Assembly (NCBI GenBank): GCA_965198115.1
Contig: OZ240241.1
Location: forward strand, 8,032,001-8,096,000
Direction: 5' to 3'
DNA length: 64,000 nt
Origin: Candidatus Latescibacterota bacterium
GTDB lineage: Bacteria; Latescibacterota; UBA2968
Position 1 is the first letter of the stretch. Each line of letters opens with the position of its first letter. A program made the translations under genes and the position numbers. Positions 59,365 through 64,000 of this stretch are shown piece after piece. Under the pieces are notes generated by a model. That model saw only the letters and a list, made by a program, of their open reading frames with translations, did no database searches and was not told the DNA's origin.

Positions 59365-61628
59365 TTAGTTTCTTCGGTTTTCCTTCGATCATCTCCAGCA
59401 ATTGCTCAGCTTCCGAAACAGTGTAGTATGGGTCTGACTTGCCCATTAGCATCAGGAAAGGACGCGCTCCAATCCCTCGAGCGAAATTGTGGGGCGATAT
59501 AACTGCCATTTCCGGTGGCTTCATGGCGTTCAGCGGGGTCACACAGACCACAGATGCCTTGATTCTTGGTTCACAGGCGTTGAGGCCGAATACGATGAGG
59601 CTTCCCATGCTCCACCCGAGTACGGCAATGCGTTTTCTATCGATCTCAGGTCGAGTTTCGAGGTAGTCGATTGCCCGACGGTGTTCCACCGTGGTCTGCA
59701 GAATCATCTCTCGCGAGCGGTTGTACCACTTGTCCCGGGCCCACATATCCCTGGGACTTTCGTAGTCGTTCTCGACGATTCTCTCTCCATGATACTTTTG
59801 CATCCAATGTGAGAACGGCAAAGCCAGCGGCAATCAGTTGCTTGGTGACCTTGCCGCCATAGTTGAACGAGTCATGAGCTATAATCAAAAGGTGTGGAAA
59901 AAGAGAAAGGGCGACCCTACCCTTCCCGTGAGATAGTTGATTCACACAAAACCGGGTGAGAGGCCCGGTTGGGAAGGAGGATCGCCGTGAAGGAACATAC
60001 GCATAGAGCCCCATTGAAGTCCATGCCGACGTGGGAGACGGTTGACGATTGGATCCGTGAAGAGATCCAGGGCCGGTTCCAGTTCATTCTGGAGGAGGAG
60101 GCGACCGCGTTCTTGGGCCGGTCGTGGTATGAGCGCCGAGCCGAGGTCGATAGCTCCAGGGGCTACAGGAACGGCTACGGCAAGCCCCGGCGTCTCTCGA
60201 CGAGCTGCGGAACGATCAAGGTCCGGCGTCCCCGGGTTCGTGGTCTGGAAGAGCGGTTTGAAAGCCGCATCCTCCCCCTGTTCGCCCGGAGAACCAGGGC
60301 CATTGGAGATCTGCTTCCCGACCTTTATCTCCACGGTCTCTCCCAGGGCGACTTCGAGTTGTCTTTGCGTGCGCTGCTCGGTGATGGCGCGCCGCTTTCG
60401 CCGACCTCGATCGCTCGTCTTCGAGGGAAGTGGGAGGTCGACTTCCAGGACTGGAAAGAAAGGCGTCTGGATAATCGCGAACTGGTCTACGCCTGGGCTG
60501 ATGGCATCTACGTCAAAGCCGGGCTCGAGCGCGAGAAGGCGTGTCTGCTGGTCGTGATCGGCGCGATGAGCGACGGCAGCAAGGAGATCCTGGCGATAGA
60601 ACCCGGTTATCGAGAGTCTACAGAATCCTGGCTCACGGTGCTCCGGGATCTCCGGGATCGCGGGCTCGAACATCCTGTCCTGATCGCCGCGGACGGGAAT
60701 ATGGGCATCTGGGCGGCCGTTGATCAGGTCTGGCCAGAGAGCCGGCAACAACGGTGCTGGAACCACAAGATCCTCAACGTGCTCGACAAGGTCGCCAAGC
60801 GTGCACAGGCTGAAGCCCGCGCACTGCTCGTCCAGATCCCCTATGCCGGCACGAAAAAGGAGGCCGAGAAGCTCCGGAAACGCTTTGCCGCACGGTATCG
60901 CTCACAGTTCCCTGCCGCCGTGGAGACGCTCGAAAGAGACTGGGATCGGATGGTCACGTTCTACGACTTCCCGAAGGAACACTGGAAACACCTGAGAACC
61001 ACGAACGTCGTCGAGAGCCCCTTTGCTTCCGTTCGGCTTCGCACAAACGCCGCCAGGCGATTCAAGAAAGTCAGGAACGCCACGACTCTCATCTGGCGTA
61101 CGCTCAAGGTCGCAGAGAGCCGATTCAGGAAACTCACCGCGCCACACTTGCTACAACAAGTCTACGATCAGAAACACTCAACCGGACCGCAGGTCGAAGC
61201 CGGGAAGATGGCCGCCTGATTTCTTTTACACACCTATTGACCTGAGCTCACGAGTCATCCCGCCACCAGTTCTCCTTCGTAGATGCCATTCCGTGGATCA
61301 GGATTACGCAGGGCGATGGCTCGGTGGCCGTCTTGGGTATTCCTATGTATCCTGGGACACGGCTGTCTCTGACTCCGTTGAAGACGATCTTCTCTTGGAT
61401 ATAGTCTGGGGCTTCCATCCTTCCCACCGTACGAGGTGAGAGTGGTATCCCTGGGTCGTAATCGTGGAATTGAAGGATCGTCTCGTAGGCTTCGTCGGAG
61501 TAAATGCGGTAGGAAGGTACTTCTCCCGTATCGGAGGGCGTGACATCTGCAGCAGATGATGGTGCCCAGATGGACACTGGGAGAATGAGGATGGTGATGA
61601 TGCGAGTGAGTCGACGTTGAAAATGCAT
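59365..61628 (-). pseudogene. Exported alpha/beta hydrolase split by IS256, frameshifted near 59798 and truncated by IS630
   Basis: N-part ILIHG...WWRDDS joins FNYGGK across the TSD; GWSMG nucleophile elbow; GKSD. Confidence 0.85.
59876..61249 (+). mobile_element. IS256-family IS (transposase ~59987-61219)
   Basis: TIRs GAGCTATAATCAAAAGGTGTG / GAGCTCAGGTCAATAGGTGTG; 9-bp TSD ACGAGTCAT; WADG, ADG, QRCWNH and TTNVVES. Confidence 0.95.
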
Positions 61629-61645
61629 ATCATTTCTCCCATTTC

Positions 61646-61785
61646 ATATATCGGTCGAAATTTGCGACGGTTGCCGTCCCGAAGGGTGTGGCGCGGGACT
61701 TGCGTAAGCAAGGCCCGTGACAAAAGGCAACTGTGCCGAAGGCCGAAGGAAGCGAAGCGACCAGGGCGAAAATTGTCTGTTACAC
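61646..61785 (-). other. Degenerate integron attC-like site
   Basis: Minus strand GTGTAAC...AATTTTCGC...inner stems...GCAAATT...GATATAT, about 140 bp, immediately before the hydrolase RBS. Confidence 0.55.
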
Positions 61786-61803
61786 GCTGGCGGCGCGCCC
61801 CCA

Positions 61804-63193
61804 GGTCAAGTCCCATAGTCAGTTGAAACTCATCGGGCCCCGTAGTTTGGTCAGGCTCTCTTTTGAGCATTCTGTTCGTTGTCGAGATTCAGATCTTTGT
61901 TCAGTGCTTGCCTGAGTAGGGGAAGATGTTTGTATCCGCTCACGCGTCGCAGGCGAGGTTCGATGTCGAGGAGTGCGGCAGCCACCCATCTGTGTCTCTG
62001 GGGAGAGTTGTTCCAGCGTCTGACCTTCCGAGTGAGCTCGCCGGTCATGCTGTTGAGGGCTTCGATGCAGTTGGTGGTTCGGAAGCTTCGTTTCAGGAAT
62101 GGGAGCATACCCAGCCGGTGGAGGGTCAGGGTTTCCTCCTGGCCTTCCTCGACGAGGCTCGTTACGGCAGACTGATTCATCAGCTTCAGTTCGGGTTTAA
62201 GTGATTCGAGTGCGGCCTTTGCCTCCTCGTAGGTGTCGCAGTCATAGGCTTTCTGGAGCTTCCGTCGAACTCTTGGACGTTCCCTCTCCGGGAGATAGCT
62301 GACGACATTCTCGCGCTTGTGCCACTGACAGCGATGCACGCGCACATACCCTTTGAGGGCTTTGGTGACAGCACTGCGGAGTCCCTTTGAGCCGTCAAGC
62401 ACAACGAGAAGGCCCTGGTCGTAGCACAGGCCTCTCCGGATGAGGTCCTGGATCAGCTGGCGGCAGATCCGTTCGTTCTCCGTCGCCGATTCGACGAAGC
62501 CCAGGGGGATCTTCTGGCCGTCCATCGTGACCCCCGGAGCGATCACGATCTCTTCGTCGGCAAAGCTCTTTCCGTCAATGAACAGGGTCACGAAGCCGTA
62601 GTCGTCGAGGGGACGCTCCTGGAACTGCTTCAGCTTCTTCGCGGTGGCTTTGATGAACCGCCGCGAGACGGAGGACGCTGAGATACCAAACGCTTCTGGA
62701 ACCGATTCGGCACAGGCCTTGTAGTTGCGGCACGAGATCCCCTTGAGAACACGAAGCAACAGCCCCTCGTCCGTCTTCTTGGGCGTCTGTAGAGCCCGGT
62801 ATGCAGCCAGGGAAACCTCTGCGTCGGCCTCGACGTCGCGCACCCGGGGAACGTCTAACGGGAGCTTCTGGTCCATCAGATACACGGATCCCTTCTGGCT
62901 TCCCCACCGACGATGCGTCTGCTCCGAACCTTTGCGCGCATACCGAACGCCTGCGAGCTGCTCGACCTCCTGCTGGAGGAGGTCTGCCACTGCCTCCAGA
63001 CCCAACGGGATCAACGCCTGGATCACCGACAAACGCGTCTCCAAATCGATGACATCGCCCTCAACCTTGACTTCACCATCGCCTACAAATAGCTTCTCCA
63101 TCTGGGCTCCTTTCTTACGGGTATACGCTCCTACACGTCTACCCAACGTAAGTTTGGAGCCCTCTAAGTTTCAACTACGATAGGCACAACACC
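61804..63193 (-). mobile_element. Second, distinct IS256-family IS (transposase 63101-61851)
   Basis: TIRs share AGTTGAAACT; 8-bp TSD CGCCCCCA; FIDG, LDG, RCQWH and RTTNCIE. Confidence 0.93.
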
Positions 63194-63350
63194 CGCCCCC
63201 ATAAAGCGAAGCAATAGAGGGGCCGACATACCGTGCACGCCATAGACAATGGTTTTCTGTTCTTGTTGTTTTGCTTCCTTGTTTAACGATTTCCCGCTCA
63301 GCCGTCGCTTTTATACACTCGGCTAATCGCCTTGACTCCTCTGAGCAAGC

Positions 63351-64000
63351 TCACTTCTTCTCTATGTTTCCCATAGCCTGACGGCGGCGGCGGCGGGCAA
63401 GTTCGCGCAGGTCCACAACCTCATCGTCTTCATCCACAATTTCCTGTCCAATTATCTCTTCAAGCACGTCTTCCAAAGTCACTACACCAGCCAATCCACT
63501 GTATTCATCGATCACGACAAACAGATGTTGCCGGAGCTCAAGAAACATGGGCAACACCCGATCCAACGTCAGCGTTTCCACCACAAAGTGCGCACCTCGC
63601 GAGAGACTTTGAATGGGAGTATCTTCGCGGTCTTCGGCAGCCGACGACAAAATATCCCGACGATGCACGATCCCAACAACATCTTCAGCATCTTTATCTA
63701 CTATAGGAATGCGACTATATGGTGGCACACCAATTTGCAACACCTCACCTACTTTTTGCTGGGCTTCAAGCAAATAAATGACCGTGCGCGGTGTCATGAT
63801 TTGCTGAACTGTTTTCTCTTTTAACAATAGAATATTCTGAATGACATTGCTTTCTTCTACGCCAATGGTTCCCGCATGTCGCCCCATATGTGCCAATGCT
63901 ATGAGTTCCTCTGAAGAGACAACGTGTTCAACTTTTCCATGAGATATTAGCCGTGTCACAAATTGGCACAGCCAGATAAGCGGTACTTGTATCCAGATCA
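63351..64000 (-). CDS. CNNM/hemolysin-family CBS-domain protein, 5' end beyond window
   Basis: IMTPR, YSRIP and VVIDEYSGLAGVVTLEDVLEEIIG. Confidence 0.9.
   Translation of the reverse strand, partial: IWIQVPLIWLCQFVTRLISHGKVEHVVSSEELIALAHMGRHAGTIGVEESNVIQNILLLKEKTVQQIMTPRTVIYLLEAQQKVGEVLQIGVPPYSRIPIVDKDAEDVVGIVHRRDILSSAAEDREDTPIQSLSRGAHFVVETLTLDRVLPMFLELRQHLFVVIDEYSGLAGVVTLEDVLEEIIGQEIVDEDDEVVDLRELARRRRRQAMGNIEKK

Noticed and set aside
1-64000. CRISPR array, tRNA or rRNA
   Set aside because: No regularly spaced direct repeats, cloverleaf motifs or rRNA signatures were seen.

Overview
GC-rich (by eye roughly 60-65%) bacterial chromosome segment. The gene set (DUF4837, TPR-LppC, peptidase MA-coaE, FG-GAP proteins) suggests an FCB-group lineage such as Latescibacterota, but that is inference only. 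Left to right: (1) a catabolic-type cluster (amidase, xylose-isomerase-like TIM barrel, 14-repeat FG-GAP protein, transglutaminase-like protein, PHP metallohydrolase, Gfo/Idh/MocA, truncated DapA/NanA). (2) A triple-nested IS stack (ISL3 and ISAzo13 inside ISAzo13). (3) An iron island: porin / FMN-binding / PepSY-TM / ApbE operon, feoAB and two divergent ferritins. The porin and feoA promoters carry the same palindromic operator at the same position. (4) A sigma54 activator whose Walker A is destroyed by a 13-bp micro-inversion, a sigma70 factor and an Amt-PAS-histidine kinase-REC fusion with an amber stop. (5) An intact housekeeping core (gcvPB, gcvPA, coaE, hflKC, pfkB, recG, sbcDC, alr). 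(6) Aquaporin, orphan GroES with an FGE-domain protein, and a ZIP transporter with an inserted cNMP-binding domain. (7) An IS-rich end (ISAzo13, IS630, two IS256) with a decayed attC-associated hydrolase cassette. Eight IS copies and many broken accessory genes beside intact core genes suggest ongoing genome erosion. No rRNA, tRNA or CRISPR array was seen.
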